64,000 nucleotides of DNA from Corallochytrium limacisporum Hawaii. Its lineage: Eukaryota > Protista > Pluriformea. The notes beneath the pieces are model-generated. The model did no database searches. It saw only the letters and a program-made list of their open reading frames with translations, and had not been told where the DNA came from. Positions 45,234 to 57,700 of this stretch are shown here, piece by piece (position 1 is the stretch's first letter; the number at the start of each line of letters is the position of its first letter). Where the stretch lies: positions 53,802-117,801 of the forward strand of contig PDIP01000057.1 in the NCBI GenBank assembly GCA_002811645.1, read 5' to 3'. Made by a program: the position numbers and the translations under genes.

Positions 45234-45869
45234 CTATCCGAATTTCTTCTTTATCTTTTCCAAGAGAACTTCAGCATGGTTGCTGAGCTTGATTTGTCCC
45301 CGCTTGTTCTTACTGGTGAGCTTCTCCCGGACTTGTGCACGATGCTTCATGCTCGCTTGTCGCTTCTTTTCGCGTTCTTCACGTTCCTTGACTTTTTGCT
45401 TGCGCGCTTCTTCTTTTTCACGCTGTTGACGAAGGTATTCTTGTCGTTCTTTAGCAAAGCGAGACTTTGTACCTGACTTGGACTTATCTATTGCGTGCCT
45501 TCTCTTGTCAGCCTTGGTATCGTTCTTTTCCGCCTGGGTTTCCTCATCCTCGTGAGGTTCTTGGAGGTCCCTTTCGGGTTCCCTTTTCGTACTGGGCCGA
45601 GAAAAGAGGCGCACATCTTCATCCTCGTCGTGCAGATCTGTATCCTGGGGAATGGCAATGACTGGGTCTGGTTTTCCTTCCTTCTTTAACATTTTGGCGT
45701 ACTGCTTCCGTACTCGCAGCTGGTGTCCCTTTGCCTTCTCCTGCATTCTTTGCAGAGGTGCATATGTCGGTTTCACATACTTACGCTTTTGCAATCGCTT
45801 TTCTTTCATGGACTTTGTTGGCTTAGCCTTCTTGTTGCCGCTGGCAGGCGGCCGCCCCCCAGGTTTCAT
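45234..45869 (-). CDS. rRNA-processing protein FYV7/CCDC59(TAP26)-like
   Basis: K/R/E-rich coiled coil, QYAKMLKKEG, and the C-terminal KNKRGQIKL..LLEKI signature. Confidence 0.8.
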   Translation of the reverse strand: MKPGGRPPASGNKKAKPTKSMKEKRLQKRKYVKPTYAPLQRMQEKAKGHQLRVRKQYAKMLKKEGKPDPVIAIPQDTDLHDEDEDVRLFSRPSTKREPERDLQEPHEDEETQAEKNDTKADKRRHAIDKSKSGTKSRFAKERQEYLRQQREKEEARKQKVKEREEREKKRQASMKHRAQVREKLTSKNKRGQIKLSNHAEVLLEKIKKKFG

Positions 45870-46504
45870 GATCGTGAATATACTACTGACTCTCTCAATG
45901 GGAATGGTTTGTTCAGCCTACATGGTCCAATTCTGCTGTCGGCTGGAATGTTTCTATCTGAAACTACTCTAAGTTTCTAATTTGACCTGGATCTGAATGT
46001 GTCCCTGGATTCTAAAACACCATCACAGGGTATTTCTCACGACGCCCCTACGAACAATAACGAGAGAATGAAACAAGAGACAAAGTGTGCGGGTCCGGCA
46101 CGTAGTACTGGCCGCCCAGCGGTCGCGTGGGTGCGGCGGGTACCGAGCCACTGCCAGCCCCCCCCCCGGCGGGCAGAGTGCGAAAGCGCCAGGTCGCGCT
46201 CCTACAGGGGGAGAGTGGCGGCCTTTTTCCTGTCTTTTTTTCCGGTTGTTCTTGAGACCCAGTGTCTCGTGTCGCTTTCCAGTCTGTGCGGACAACACGG
46301 TGCCCACATTATTCTGATAGCGAGTGGTATATCAAGACCGGTGGTACGAACTCTAGTGGACTGAGTAATCTCAAGTACCAAGCTGACATGTGTTATGGAA
46401 TACTAAAACAACAAACTTCTGCATATACAAGAGCAGTCATGAACGTTTGCGCAGGATGACAATGTGAGAAAGTGAAACCGTCAAAACTAGTAGCAATTAC
46501 CACG

Positions 46505-49234
46505 ATGACAGAGAAGGTCATTGCGCCCCCGGACTATACACAGCCGGAGCTGTACGGTCTTCTGAAGGCCTGGCATGAGAAACACGGGGCCCGGAGACTA
46601 AAGGCGGCACCTAAGGTTCAAAGTGTTGGTGTGGATTTATACATTCTCTTTCAATGCGTGAGAAGAGCGGGAGGGCCATGGAAAGTCGACCATGACCGCA
46701 AATGGAAATGGATTGCCATGGAATACCTGAACTTGCCGCGGGGTTCTGAAACACCAATTCTGCTTCGGCGTTGTTTTGACAAGTGGATCGCGCCTGCGAT
46801 TACGGAGTATGAGCCATTCGCAAGCTTCGCCGGGTACAATGAATTGAGAAGACCAGAAGACAAGCCACCACCAGTGAAGAGTGAAGAGGACATCCCTGAG
46901 ACTTCAGTTCTTCAATTTCACGACGAGTTTGAACCATTGCCATTGCCAGAACCGTCAGAGGATGAGGAGGACGAGGAACCAGAACCGAGGCGACGCGGTC
47001 GACCCCCAAAGAATCCACCTACAGAGCGTTCGGCCTCAAAACCAAAATCCGCGAAATCGGCCGACAGAGTCGCACCGGTCAAGCAGGAAATGCACAAGCC
47101 AACAAAGTCACAAGCTGGTGAGGCACCACGCCCACGGCCTCAAGAGAAACAGCCACAGAGGGAACGGACCATTACATACGAACTTGAGGGTAGCAAGACG
47201 AAAAAGCGGAGGCGTATGGAGCACAACTTGGATGTTCCAGAGTACCTTGCGGAGCAGATGTACACTGCCTCGACTCCCTCATTTGCAACTGATTACCGTG
47301 CGGACGTGGTAGGCCATGTGAACAGGGCCGTTGGAGGAAGTGTACTGTGGCCGCGCCTGCACAAAAACGGAAAGGCTGGAGTTCTCAGTTCCCTCACCTT
47401 TGCGCTGCAGTCCGGACTCGTCAATGAAATTAACTGGGCTTTTACGTGCCTGGTCCTCTTGTCCTACGAGGACATGGTCAGTACGACCTTGTTGGCCTTA
47501 AATGACTTTGGCGTAATCCCGGTAATGATGGAACATGCGGACGAATTTATCAAGCACCCTTCCATCATCTACTGTAAGCCGGATGAGAAGAGCCTCCCCG
47601 ACCCTCCCATTCCTCCTGAACTGGAAAGTGCCTATTTTGCGAAGCGGATGGTCTATGAAGGAACTTTTGCGCATGGTGAGCAAGACAATCCTTTAGTAGC
47701 ACCTAACACTGGAGCAGGCCCGTCAGCGACCGAGAACGACAAGCGAAAGAACCGCAAGCTGGACACTCATCGCCACTATCATGCAAAGCGAACAGAAAGG
47801 ATCAAGCAAATTGCCCTGGTGTTACGAAACTTCTCCTTCGAACACGCCATGAGCCCCGGCATGGCACGGATCCCGAAGGTGCTGGAGTTTTGCATTCAGT
47901 GTCTGAAGACTGATCACATTGAATTGCGCCGTGATGCCCTCGAGACCCTGGTCAACTTGGCTTATGATTTGCGGTTTTCCCGGACTCCCGAGTACTTCAA
48001 AAAGATTCTGCGTGGAGTGTGTGATCAATTTTTGGGAGAGAAGGGCGCCCGGTTGCGCGAAGACCAGCGGCAGTTGCGGTCTATGGTGAGCTTCATTGGC
48101 CGTGTATTAAGCTCAGATTCCAACTGGGAGGCTATTCAAGATGATCAGAAGTATGTTAGTGCGCTCATCAAGACATTAATCGATCTAATCAACACTACTG
48201 ACCCTTTGGTACTCTGCAATGTGCTTGAGTGTCTATATGGAATTAGTCAAGCCAATTGGGAAGTGAATCATCAACTGAGCGGAAATCCTGCACTCCTTCA
48301 ACAATTGGTCGCGCTACTCAATTTCCGCTTGGAAAACATGACTCTCATGAACCCAGCCATCGAGACCAAACCTGCCATGGTTGATGATGTTATCGTGGAT
48401 CACCAAGCCATGTCACTGTTTTCTGCGGCCTATATCCAACACCTGGTCAGTACCCCAAGCGATAGCGAGACAGGTGGCAAAGTATTCTTTGGTGACATCT
48501 ATTCTGATTACTGCTCCTTTGCCGCTGAAGTCGGCTTCGAGGTCCTGGACAGCTCAACATTTGGATCCCTATTGCGCGTGTTGCTGACCAAAGCGCAAAT
48601 GGTGTATGATGTCAATATGAGCGGTATTGTCGTCAGCGGTGTCAGGGCCAACAGTCCAGAAGTGCGCGAAAAACTGGTCGCAGTCTGCCTGAACTGGAAA
48701 CAACTGTGGTTGAACGGTCGTGTCGGCGTTGACATCTACAACATCAAGGTCAGGGAGGAAGATCTTGGTGTAGGCTTCCGGCCTAAGAAACCTGAAAGAA
48801 AAGCTGAGACGGAAGACCAGGAAGAAGGAAAGAAGGCCGCCGAAGAACCCATGGTAAATGGTGATGCTAATGGCGACAAGCCTAAAGAGAGCAAGATTCA
48901 GGAATTCGAAGATGTGCTTGAGGACGATCAGGTCATGATCTTCCACCGTCGCGCTTACAATCGGCCATGGCCTGTGGTGACCGGTATCCAAGTCCCATTT
49001 GCCGAGATGGTTGTTGAGGGTGGCAAGCGTCTGCTCAATCGCTTCTTGGACCCGCTGGAGTCGGCTGTGCGCCTTTGCAGCGGCCTGGTGCTGCGTAACA
49101 TGCTGCGTGACAACGACGCAGCCAAGGCACACGTTCACCGTCACGAGGGCACTATTTTTGAAGCGTCGATGGCAGGAGGTCCGGAGACCTTCCCATTGCA
49201 CGAATGTCTACAGATCCTGAGCACGGCAAAGTAG
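46505..49234 (+). CDS. ARID2: ARID2/Rsc9-like PBAF/RSC chromatin-remodelling subunit
   Basis: ARID domain (VDLYILFQCVRRAGG..W), AT-hook RRRGRPPK, LQSGLVNEINWA ARM start, and RFX-type winged helix (DIYSDYCSF..STFGSLLR). ATG at 46505. Confidence 0.85.
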   Translation: MTEKVIAPPDYTQPELYGLLKAWHEKHGARRLKAAPKVQSVGVDLYILFQCVRRAGGPWKVDHDRKWKWIAMEYLNLPRGSETPILLRRCFDKWIAPAITEYEPFASFAGYNELRRPEDKPPPVKSEEDIPETSVLQFHDEFEPLPLPEPSEDEEDEEPEPRRRGRPPKNPPTERSASKPKSAKSADRVAPVKQEMHKPTKSQAGEAPRPRPQEKQPQRERTITYELEGSKTKKRRRMEHNLDVPEYLAEQMYTASTPSFATDYRADVVGHVNRAVGGSVLWPRLHKNGKAGVLSSLTFALQSGLVNEINWAFTCLVLLSYEDMVSTTLLALNDFGVIPVMMEHADEFIKHPSIIYCKPDEKSLPDPPIPPELESAYFAKRMVYEGTFAHGEQDNPLVAPNTGAGPSATENDKRKNRKLDTHRHYHAKRTERIKQIALVLRNFSFEHAMSPGMARIPKVLEFCIQCLKTDHIELRRDALETLVNLAYDLRFSRTPEYFKKILRGVCDQFLGEKGARLREDQRQLRSMVSFIGRVLSSDSNWEAIQDDQKYVSALIKTLIDLINTTDPLVLCNVLECLYGISQANWEVNHQLSGNPALLQQLVALLNFRLENMTLMNPAIETKPAMVDDVIVDHQAMSLFSAAYIQHLVSTPSDSETGGKVFFGDIYSDYCSFAAEVGFEVLDSSTFGSLLRVLLTKAQMVYDVNMSGIVVSGVRANSPEVREKLVAVCLNWKQLWLNGRVGVDIYNIKVREEDLGVGFRPKKPERKAETEDQEEGKKAAEEPMVNGDANGDKPKESKIQEFEDVLEDDQVMIFHRRAYNRPWPVVTGIQVPFAEMVVEGGKRLLNRFLDPLESAVRLCSGLVLRNMLRDNDAAKAHVHRHEGTIFEASMAGGPETFPLHECLQILSTAK

Positions 49235-49390
49235 TCCCTACTAAAAGCCACATCTGTGGAAACTTACAGTATTCACATGTTTTGATCATTTTTAGTTTGT
49301 CAATATGTTGGATCATTCCTTTTAGGTTTTGTTTTCAGTTTACAGGTTTGGTGCTGGTGCAATACTTGAGTGCTGTTTGCCGTGCCGAGT

Positions 49391-49999
49391 CTAGGCACCG
49401 GCATAGTCATCATAGTGCAGGCTGCCCTTAGCGCTCTGATAGCGGGTGAGCTTGACACCTCTGAGCACACTCTTGTCGATGCTGCCGCGGAAGCCTCCTT
49501 TCCGTAGCAGAGAATGCAGAGCTTCTTCTTTGGTCCATCCCTGTTCAGGCATGACCTCCGGCAGATATGTTGCAGTACGTGTGCTTCCAGGCTGTCCGAA
49601 TTCAATCCAGATGCCATGTTTGCCAACCTCCCAGTCCTCCCAGTTCTCGCCATCCTCGAATGAATGTAATAGTGAGATGGCCACCTCAAGCTGGTGCACT
49701 TCCTCTGCCTTCACGGGCCTGAAGCGGCTGTCCCGCAGCGCAGCTGTGATACTATACTCTTTAAGGCCTTCATGCAGGGGCAGGGGGCGGAAAGTACCAA
49801 TACATCCACGCAGAGCCCGATCTCTACCCTTCTTCCAGGTCACAAAGAGCGCATACTCCTCGTTGGGAACGGTTGTGTTCAGCTTGGGGCGCTCACCACG
49901 GCCTAACTCATGCAACAAGAAGTCGAAGCAAGCTGCACACATCTCGGGCGTGACCTCAATGCCCTCAGCTTTGCTACCACTGCCGATGCGCGGAGTCAT
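49391..49999 (-). CDS. AMMECR1: AMMECR1-family protein
   Basis: LFVTW..LRGCIGTF, ALRDSRF, ATYLPEV..EQGW. Confidence 0.95.
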   Translation of the reverse strand: MTPRIGSGSKAEGIEVTPEMCAACFDFLLHELGRGERPKLNTTVPNEEYALFVTWKKGRDRALRGCIGTFRPLPLHEGLKEYSITAALRDSRFRPVKAEEVHQLEVAISLLHSFEDGENWEDWEVGKHGIWIEFGQPGSTRTATYLPEVMPEQGWTKEEALHSLLRKGGFRGSIDKSVLRGVKLTRYQSAKGSLHYDDYAGA

Positions 50000-50748
50000 G
50001 GTTGCAATTCACAACGGACCTGGTCGAATACCCTGCGACAGTGAGACCTCCTAATGGAAATAGAACCCCAACTGATCCACAATCCTCTTCAGGAATAGAT
50101 CTAGTTGTGGTTCATCAAGCTCTGGGACCCGTCTCCTCCTGAACGAAACTACTGATTGGATAGTCTCAAGTAGCACCAAAAAGCACGCCTCGGCCCAGCA
50201 GCTCTTCGCACCCCAGTGCATCACATCACTACCAACTTGTCTTCATCTCGTCTGAAGCTTTCAGTGCGACCCAGGCAAGTCCCGGATCTTGCACACAACA
50301 CACGGTCTTATAATCCGACCCCCGGAAAGCACCAACAACGGGGGGCGTGTAACCGCTCGCACCACTCTCACACTTTGGGGGGCGGGCCGAGGGAGAAAAA
50401 AAAACACACTAGCAATCACTCCGGGTCACCTTTTTCCAACTCCTTGTTCCATTACTAACTTACGATCATTTTACAAGGAAATTTTTCTTTTAGATCTTTC
50501 CTTTTCCCAATCTACCCTTTTCTCTGCTTTGTCGCACCGTTTTGCGGGCGGTGTGCAACATGAGACACACACCGCAACGAATGGGAATAAAAAGGGGGGA
50601 AGAAAAAAAGTGTCATAGAAAGTGACAGCCCAACGAATGCTCTCAAGCCTCAAAGGGGCGAAGGAGCAGGTCTTAGTCTTTGTTACGGCGGCCCATCTTT
50701 TTTTTTTCCTTTTTTCTCTTCTTTTCCCTTCCCGAATTCTCTCGCTCG

Positions 50749-50754
<6 letters not shown>

Positions 50755-50784
<30 letters not shown>
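50755..50784. repeat. (CT)15 microsatellite
   Basis: Read directly. Confidence 0.95.
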
Positions 50785-50785
<1 letters not shown>

Positions 50786-51447
50786 GCTCACGTCGGTCTC
50801 GCGCTTTGCTTGGGGTGTGTGTGCCCATACCCCGCCCCCTTCCACAGTCTGGAAATTTCGTCGTCAGCTGTTCCTGGCCGTTGTGTGGCTGCAGAAAGAA
50901 ACTAGGCCAAGATTTTTCTTTTTCCCTTCCTCCGCTGGCTCTCTCTCCCTCATCTCTGCTGCCATTGATTATCTTCGGCTTCTGTTTTTCTGTCGGCTTC
51001 CGGGAAGGTTGCGACAGTGAGAGAAAGCAAAGACGAACAAAAACACCAAAAAAAAGAAAGAGGAGGCGACCACCAAGAAGACGAAAGAAAAATAAGAGGC
51101 GAGTAGAAAATCAATAGAAACTGAGAGAAACCCCGAAGGGAAAGGCAGCAAAAGGAGGTACGGGGCGGGATTGGGATATAAATAATATACTTTTAATGAT
51201 TCTTCAAAAATATAACAATCTTTAAATATCTCTATGCTTTATCACATATTTTTATATACTGTTTAATCTAAAAGTGTTGCTTAGCGAACCCGGGGGACAC
51301 AGCGGGGCTGGCCGTCCCGGTGGCCGGTGGGTATACATTGGAAGCTTGGTGCCGCGCGCCCTCTCGTCCTCGGGGGCCCCTCCCGGATTGCCCAAACCGG
51401 ACATGGCTGGAGAGGGGGGGGAGGCGGCAGAAGGAAAAAAGTTGGGG

Positions 51448-51861
51448 NNNNNNNNNNNNNNNNNNNNNNNNNNNNNNNNNNNNNNNNNNNNNNNNNNNNN
51501 NNNNNNNNNNNNNNNNNNNNNNNNNNNNNNNNNNNNNNNNNNNNNNNNNNNNNNNNNNNNNNNNNNNNNNNNNNNNNNNNNNNNNNNNNNNNNNNNNNNN
51601 NNNNNNNNNNNNNNNNNNNNNNNNNNNNNNNNNNNNNNNNNNNNNNNNNNNNNNNNNNNNNNNNNNNNNNNNNNNNNNNNNNNNNNNNNNNNNNNNNNNN
51701 NNNNNNNNNNNNNNNNNNNNNNNNNNNNNNNNNNNNNNNNNNNNNNNNNNNNNNNNNNNNNNNNNNNNNNNNNNNNNNNNNNNNNNNNNNNNNNNNNNNN
51801 NNNNNNNNNNNNNNNNNNNNNNNNNNNNNNNNNNNNNNNNNNNNNNNNNNNNNNNNNNNNN
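51448..51861. other. Assembly gap (N) followed by (GAA)n
   Basis: Run of N. Confidence 1.
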
Positions 51862-52017
51862 AGAAGAAGAAGAAGAAGAAGAGGAGGAGCCCCCACCCCC
51901 CGGGGGGTCAGCGGATGGTGGGTGGGTGGGTGGTTTAGCAAATGGCCTTGCCTGCAGGTCTGCCACATAGACTCTTTGGGAGTTCTCTCTGTTTCGCGTT
52001 CTGTTGAGAGGTGTGCT

Positions 52018-52043
52018 TGTGTGTGTGTGTGTGTGTGTGTGTG
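52018..52043. repeat. (TG)13 microsatellite
   Basis: Read directly. Confidence 0.95.
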
Positions 52044-52759
52044 CGAAAAGCAGAGTGGCGTGCTGGAGCAAGTGAAGGAAGGTCCAAGGCCAGGAGCGTG
52101 GTTGGTTGGTGGCTTTCGTGTGTGGCTCGCTCATTCCGAAGAGGTGGTGGGGAGACCGACACCGAAAGACAAAGGGAAAAAAAACCCAACGGAAAAAATA
52201 AGGAGGGAGGGTGGCCGGGGAGGCGGGCCATTTGCTATCCTTAACGAAATTGCTTACGGGGCAGGTGGGAGGGGTAGAGGAGGACAAAAAAAAAAGGAAA
52301 AAGTAAAAAAAAAAAAGAAAAAGGGTCGGGAGAAAATTTCTTACCATCGCCCTATCTCAGTGACCGTGACGATATCATAGATTTTCTATGAGTGCGTAGC
52401 GGAGCGAGGGAGACGAGTTTGGCGCGGGGGGGTTCGGGACCCACGGGTTTGATTGCTGACCCTGTCCGTACGGGACCACGGAGAGTGGCGATGAGACGCG
52501 CTCGGCGGCCACTTTTCTACAATTGCAATGCTCTAGACGTATTTGGAACATCACATTCTTCAGTATGTCCTTGAGATCACTTTAGTCAGTATATTTGACG
52601 TAACGAAAGTGTTTGGTCCGGTTGGATTTCGAGAGCAACAAGCAGGGCTGCATGCAACTCTAGAAGCCAATAGCGGCGACATAGAAAACAGTTGCAGGAC
52701 AGCTGAATTCAAGATCCGTCATTGATAGCTTTAACAGAGTGACAAAGAAAATTTAGAAC

Positions 52760-54379
52760 ATGTCTCGGGCACAGCAATACGACCGCCTTGGTGTAATTGG
52801 AACTGGCTCTTTCGGCCAGGTCTACAAGGCTGTCGATAAGAGGACCGGCAAGGTTTTGGCCATCAAGACGATTGATCTGGAAAGCAGTGAGGACGAAATT
52901 GAAGACGTACAACAGGAGATTGCCATCCTCACTAGACTAAGCTCTGATTTTGTCACGCGCTACTTTGCTAGCTTCGTAGTTGACACGCACATTTGGATTG
53001 TCATGGAATTTCTTGGTGGAGGCAGTGCCCTTGACCTGTGCCAACCGGGTTCTATTCCAGAGCCTCATGCTCTGGTTATCTTACACCAGGTCCTGAAAGG
53101 CCTTGAGTACTTGCATGACACTGGCCATGTGCATCGTGATGTGAAGGCAGCCAATGTGCTGTTGACCGAGAAAGGGGATGTCAAACTGGCTGACTTTGGT
53201 GTGTCTGGGACCCTTAGTCGTACTATCTCCAAGCGCAACACATTTGTTGGAACGCCGTACTGGATGGCACCAGAGGTCATCAAACAGATTGCCTACGACC
53301 AAAAAGCAGATGTCTGGAGCCTTGGTATCACAGCCATTGAGATTCTCAAGGGTGCGCCACCACGCTCCGAAATTCATCCCATGAAAGTTTTGTTTATTAT
53401 TCCCAGAGAACCTGAACCTGAACTGGAGGGAGACTATAGCCGAAACATCAAGGAACTGGTTTCCATTTGCCTACAGAAGGATCCGAGCAAACGCCCTAGT
53501 GCCAGTGAATTACTGCGCCACCGCGCGTTCCAAAAGGTCCGGAAGCCTGCCGTGTTGGTCGAATTGATTGAACGACTGAAAGCTTACCGCCTTGCCGAGG
53601 GCAAGAGCGAGGAGTGGGCTCCCAAGGAGCGACACTCCGGTGAAGGGGATGCTAAGGGTGACTCTTTTGATTCATGGAACTTTGACACTGTGCGGGAGCC
53701 TGCGGCCGGAACCGCTGCTGGTAGTACTGTCAAACCCGGCGCAGCGGCCTCCAAGCCCATTGTCGTTGATGACGAAGATTTTGGTACCGTCAAGCAGAGG
53801 GATCGAAGTCCGAATGTCAGATCTCGTGAACCAGCCACGCGTCAGGCGAGTGCTGACCTTCAGACAGAAATTGGTACGGTCAAGCAAAGGGGTCCTAACG
53901 CCAGTCCGGTGTCCGCCGCACATCATCGCAAGGCTGCAGAGGAGAAGGGACAGGAACAGGTGGTGTCCAAGAGCAACACATACGGGGGGTCTTCGTCTAC
54001 AGCTTTAGACGATGTCATGCTGCCAAGTCTCCTCCAGCTGGAAGGCAGCTATCGTGGCAATGCCGAAGTTCTGGACAAGCTGAAAGCCCTCCGCATTCTC
54101 CTAAACGATCTTGAACGTGACGCTCCTGGCTTCAATGACAGACTCGTTGGTAACTTGGCCATTGGCACAAGTGCATGCATGCAGACGTCTAAGTACGTGG
54201 CCAGTTCGAACACCTTTCCTGGCAATGCAGACAAAGCTGGAGGTCAGCAGCAACAGCAGCAGGACAGCTCGTTCCTGAGTAAGCCGCTGAGTTCTTTGCT
54301 GTACGAGAACTGGATGGACCGTTTCGGCAAGCTGCTCATCGGAGCAGGGCACGCAAAGAATACATCGCCCACAAAATAA
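52760..54379 (+). CDS. STE20-family GCK-III kinase (STK24/25/26-like)
   Basis: GTGSFG, AIKTIDLE..EDEIEDVQQEI, HRDVKAAN, DFG, TFVGTPYWMAPEVIKQ, and a C-terminal LERDAPG..DRLV dimerisation-type helices. Confidence 0.92.
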   Translation: MSRAQQYDRLGVIGTGSFGQVYKAVDKRTGKVLAIKTIDLESSEDEIEDVQQEIAILTRLSSDFVTRYFASFVVDTHIWIVMEFLGGGSALDLCQPGSIPEPHALVILHQVLKGLEYLHDTGHVHRDVKAANVLLTEKGDVKLADFGVSGTLSRTISKRNTFVGTPYWMAPEVIKQIAYDQKADVWSLGITAIEILKGAPPRSEIHPMKVLFIIPREPEPELEGDYSRNIKELVSICLQKDPSKRPSASELLRHRAFQKVRKPAVLVELIERLKAYRLAEGKSEEWAPKERHSGEGDAKGDSFDSWNFDTVREPAAGTAAGSTVKPGAAASKPIVVDDEDFGTVKQRDRSPNVRSREPATRQASADLQTEIGTVKQRGPNASPVSAAHHRKAAEEKGQEQVVSKSNTYGGSSSTALDDVMLPSLLQLEGSYRGNAEVLDKLKALRILLNDLERDAPGFNDRLVGNLAIGTSACMQTSKYVASSNTFPGNADKAGGQQQQQQDSSFLSKPLSSLLYENWMDRFGKLLIGAGHAKNTSPTK

Positions 54380-54726
54380 GGGTTCCCTTCTATGAATTAT
54401 CTGGAATGTAGGAAGCAGTTTTATGACTGTGTATTGTCGGGTTGGCTTTGTCTCATCATCCCTCCGTCAAGTCATCATTTAAATCGATGAACAGTTGGCA
54501 AGAACTCTTGCCCGTTCATGCTGAGTTCTTCAAAGTCCTCCATGCTGTGCTTGATGCCGTCCTCCTCAATGGTCCATTGTCCATGCGCACACAGAGCCGT
54601 TCGGAAGCTGATCTCGCATTGCGTTCTGACTTCGGTCCCATGCTACCAAGTGACCTCTGCACGGGTCCCAGGGTGGTTCTCCCTCCCCTCCCCCCCCCCC
54701 CCCCCCCCCTACGCGTTTGTGGCCAC

Positions 54727-57700
54727 CTATATCCCGTCATCACCCGCAAGGCTGAGCAACAGCCTCCGCATGATGCTGATGTGCGGTCGCAGGTGCCGGA
54801 AGTAAGACCACACCGACACTAAACGCAGCTCTGGGGCCGCATCCTCTTCTTTGCGATAGACCTCGCGGTAGTTCGGTTTGAGCCAACGCACGCCGCGGGT
54901 GTAGTCAGTCAGAAATTTCTCTTCATTACGCAGAACATCATCTGGTGCAATTACAAGCATTGCCTCGTAGAGATTGTGGTTGCTCCAGAGTGCAAGAAGA
55001 TCCGCACGGTCGCCGAACCGTAAACGAATGGCAAGAATGGCCTCGGCGCAGGCCGTATGGTCACCTCTAGCTAGTTTGGCAATGGCGTCCCGAAACAACT
55101 GTCGAGCAGCCTCGCTGACTGCGACTGACTTTGCTTCACCGTTCACAGCCTCTCCGGCTGCCCGTGCGGCCCTGACACGGGCCGCGGCTGCGAGGCCGTC
55201 GAAAAACGCGGAGGCCTGCTCCGCTGTTTCAGTCTGCCCGATAGAGCCACTTAAATCGATGTGGACATGGCGTGCAAGGTTGGGAACGGTGATCGATGCG
55301 TGTTGGACAGAGTCCAATGGGTCATAGCCACGCATATTCAACGCCTCTGGGATGCTGAACTTCTTTGTAGCCAGCTTGATGGCGTCCGCCGCTCCAGTGT
55401 CCCGCTTCCACATGGCCACGTAGTCTACATCAATCGTGGATTGATCAAAGTCATCGTACATGCGCACAATAGCATCGTAGCCCTGCTTTGCGTCCACTGT
55501 TACGCTGAGGTCATCGACATAAGTCATAATCCCACCGACCAATTGATCCGCAGTAAAGGGCAACCCGCGATTCCTCATGTACCAGGTCATGTTAGCATAG
55601 AGCATGGGAACTGACTGCGCCATTTCCAGTAACGACATGTTGAAAGTGGCCTTGTCATTTGTCAGCAGGGCATCCAATTCTTCCAGAAGAGAGATGGGTG
55701 ACAAAAACGGAACCGTTTTAGTTTCCTCCGAATCAAGACTGCTGATGACCAGCTCCGGCATGAATGCTTTTTCGCATTCAAGACAACGGCTCTTGAGGCC
55801 TGAGCGCACACACATCATCCAGCCTAGCATGATGTCAGTCTCTGTCACGTCCCGGTCACACTCGTTGCATCTGGCAGAAACAGAGATCTTGGTGTTCGCT
55901 CGCGGGGACTCACCATTGAACCAGCATACAGAAACGTCAGTGAAATCTGCACTTTGGATCGAGAGTTTCTGTCTCTTGTCGATATCGGCGTCAAGCGCGC
56001 TGAACTTATCGATTCGCTCCCCTCGAGGGAGATTCTGTTTGGTTCGTGAATTGCGATGCTGTTTCTCCCCTCCACTATTGTGCACAGCTGTCGACCCACG
56101 TCGGCGAGTTGCGATGGCTTTCATGTAGAGACCAGTGCTCACTGCATCCGAACGTACCTGGGCTGCATTCATGATCTTGAAAAGCAATCGAGCATGCTTG
56201 GACAGCCGCAAGTCCGCACAGACGCCCAAAAGATAGACAAAGATTTTGTTTGTAGGGCTCACATGGTTTAGTCGCATGTGCTCCAAAATAATATACGCAT
56301 ACCACAGCGCCACTTCCGGCCGGCGACACATTGGAATGTAGTGTGAGTACATGAGGAACCAGGAGGTGTATATCAGTTGAGCATACTCCTTAGCTAATTT
56401 TGAGACGTCGGCGTCAGTAAGGGTCCGAATTTCGATGTTGAGTCTTCCGGAAGGTTTTCTTTCGAGACCTGCAACTGGCGCGTCCTTGGCCTTCGTTGAG
56501 TCAACCATACCCATCATCGTTGAATCCACCATCACCTGTTTGACAATATCACGACAACCTGGTGCGAACAACTGGAGGTCAAAGCGCGGGAAGTCCTCGC
56601 CTGTGTCCCGGTACTGTTTTGAGGGTGGTAGATCCGAAATGTTCGGGCCAGGAATCTGAAAATGACGATACCCACCAAAGCTGACCATCTTCTGAACATC
56701 AAGCTCTCCGGACCGGAACCGTTCAACGCACCCGTCGAAATAGCTAAATTCGTGATCTCGCGATGAGTATTCTGATCGCTGCTCAATGAACTTCATAAAG
56801 CTCTGCGTTTCTATCAGCGCACCTACGAATGGTCGATCTGCTTCTTTAACTTCTTCAATGAACTCCGCACGATCAAAAATGGCGTCCAGGCCTTCTGCAT
56901 CTTCTGGGATCTCCTCAGTGACATCGTATACTCGCACGAACTCTTTGTAATGGCCCATTGTCTTGATCCAGAACCGTAAGAATTCCATGCGTATATGGTG
57001 CATACGAACCTGTTCAGCACTTGGAGTTTGGGAACTAGTAATACTCGCATCCAGATACATATGCTCGTCCACATCATCGAATTCAGCGTAGCCTTCCAGA
57101 TAAAGGTGTCCGGCTGCGGACTGTAGTCGCTCGTACAAGTCCTCTTGGCCCGGTAGGAATGGAATCCTCTCCTCCTCATCAAATCCCATGGGATCGTCCC
57201 GCTTAAAGATCTTGTCCCCGTCCAAGTAAACAGTGTACACATCTGCCGGAATAAGACTGATGTCAACTGCATCTGTAGTAATACCAATGATGAAAGGCAT
57301 CGGCGCTTGCAAAAGATCCAACATGTCATCAGGGCACACGGGAATGAACACATTCAACCACTTCAATGGGAACAGTAGAGCTGTGATACCCTCGGCAACC
57401 GGTGTTAGGAGAGGCAGGTGGTCTGACACAAGGAGAATCTTCTTCTCGAGACACATCAATACGAATAGTGAAAGTACAGTCTCCACCTTGAGAAGGCGAA
57501 AGATCGGAACAATGCTACTTCCAATGATGGGCAAAGACTGGGGCGGTGGGAACGAAAATGCCAGTTTCTTGTTGCCAATCGGAAAATTAAAAACCGCTTT
57601 CCCGGGGGCTGGTACTGGAAGTTCAAAGAGATTGAGAATTAGTCTCTCGGGAGGCACGGCACTATCGCCCATGGCAATACGTCGAAACTCACTCAGGTAC

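Noticed and set aside
51252-52380. Long ORFs spanning N gaps (also 26803-27187)
   Set aside because: Length is inflated by Ns and low-complexity tracts.
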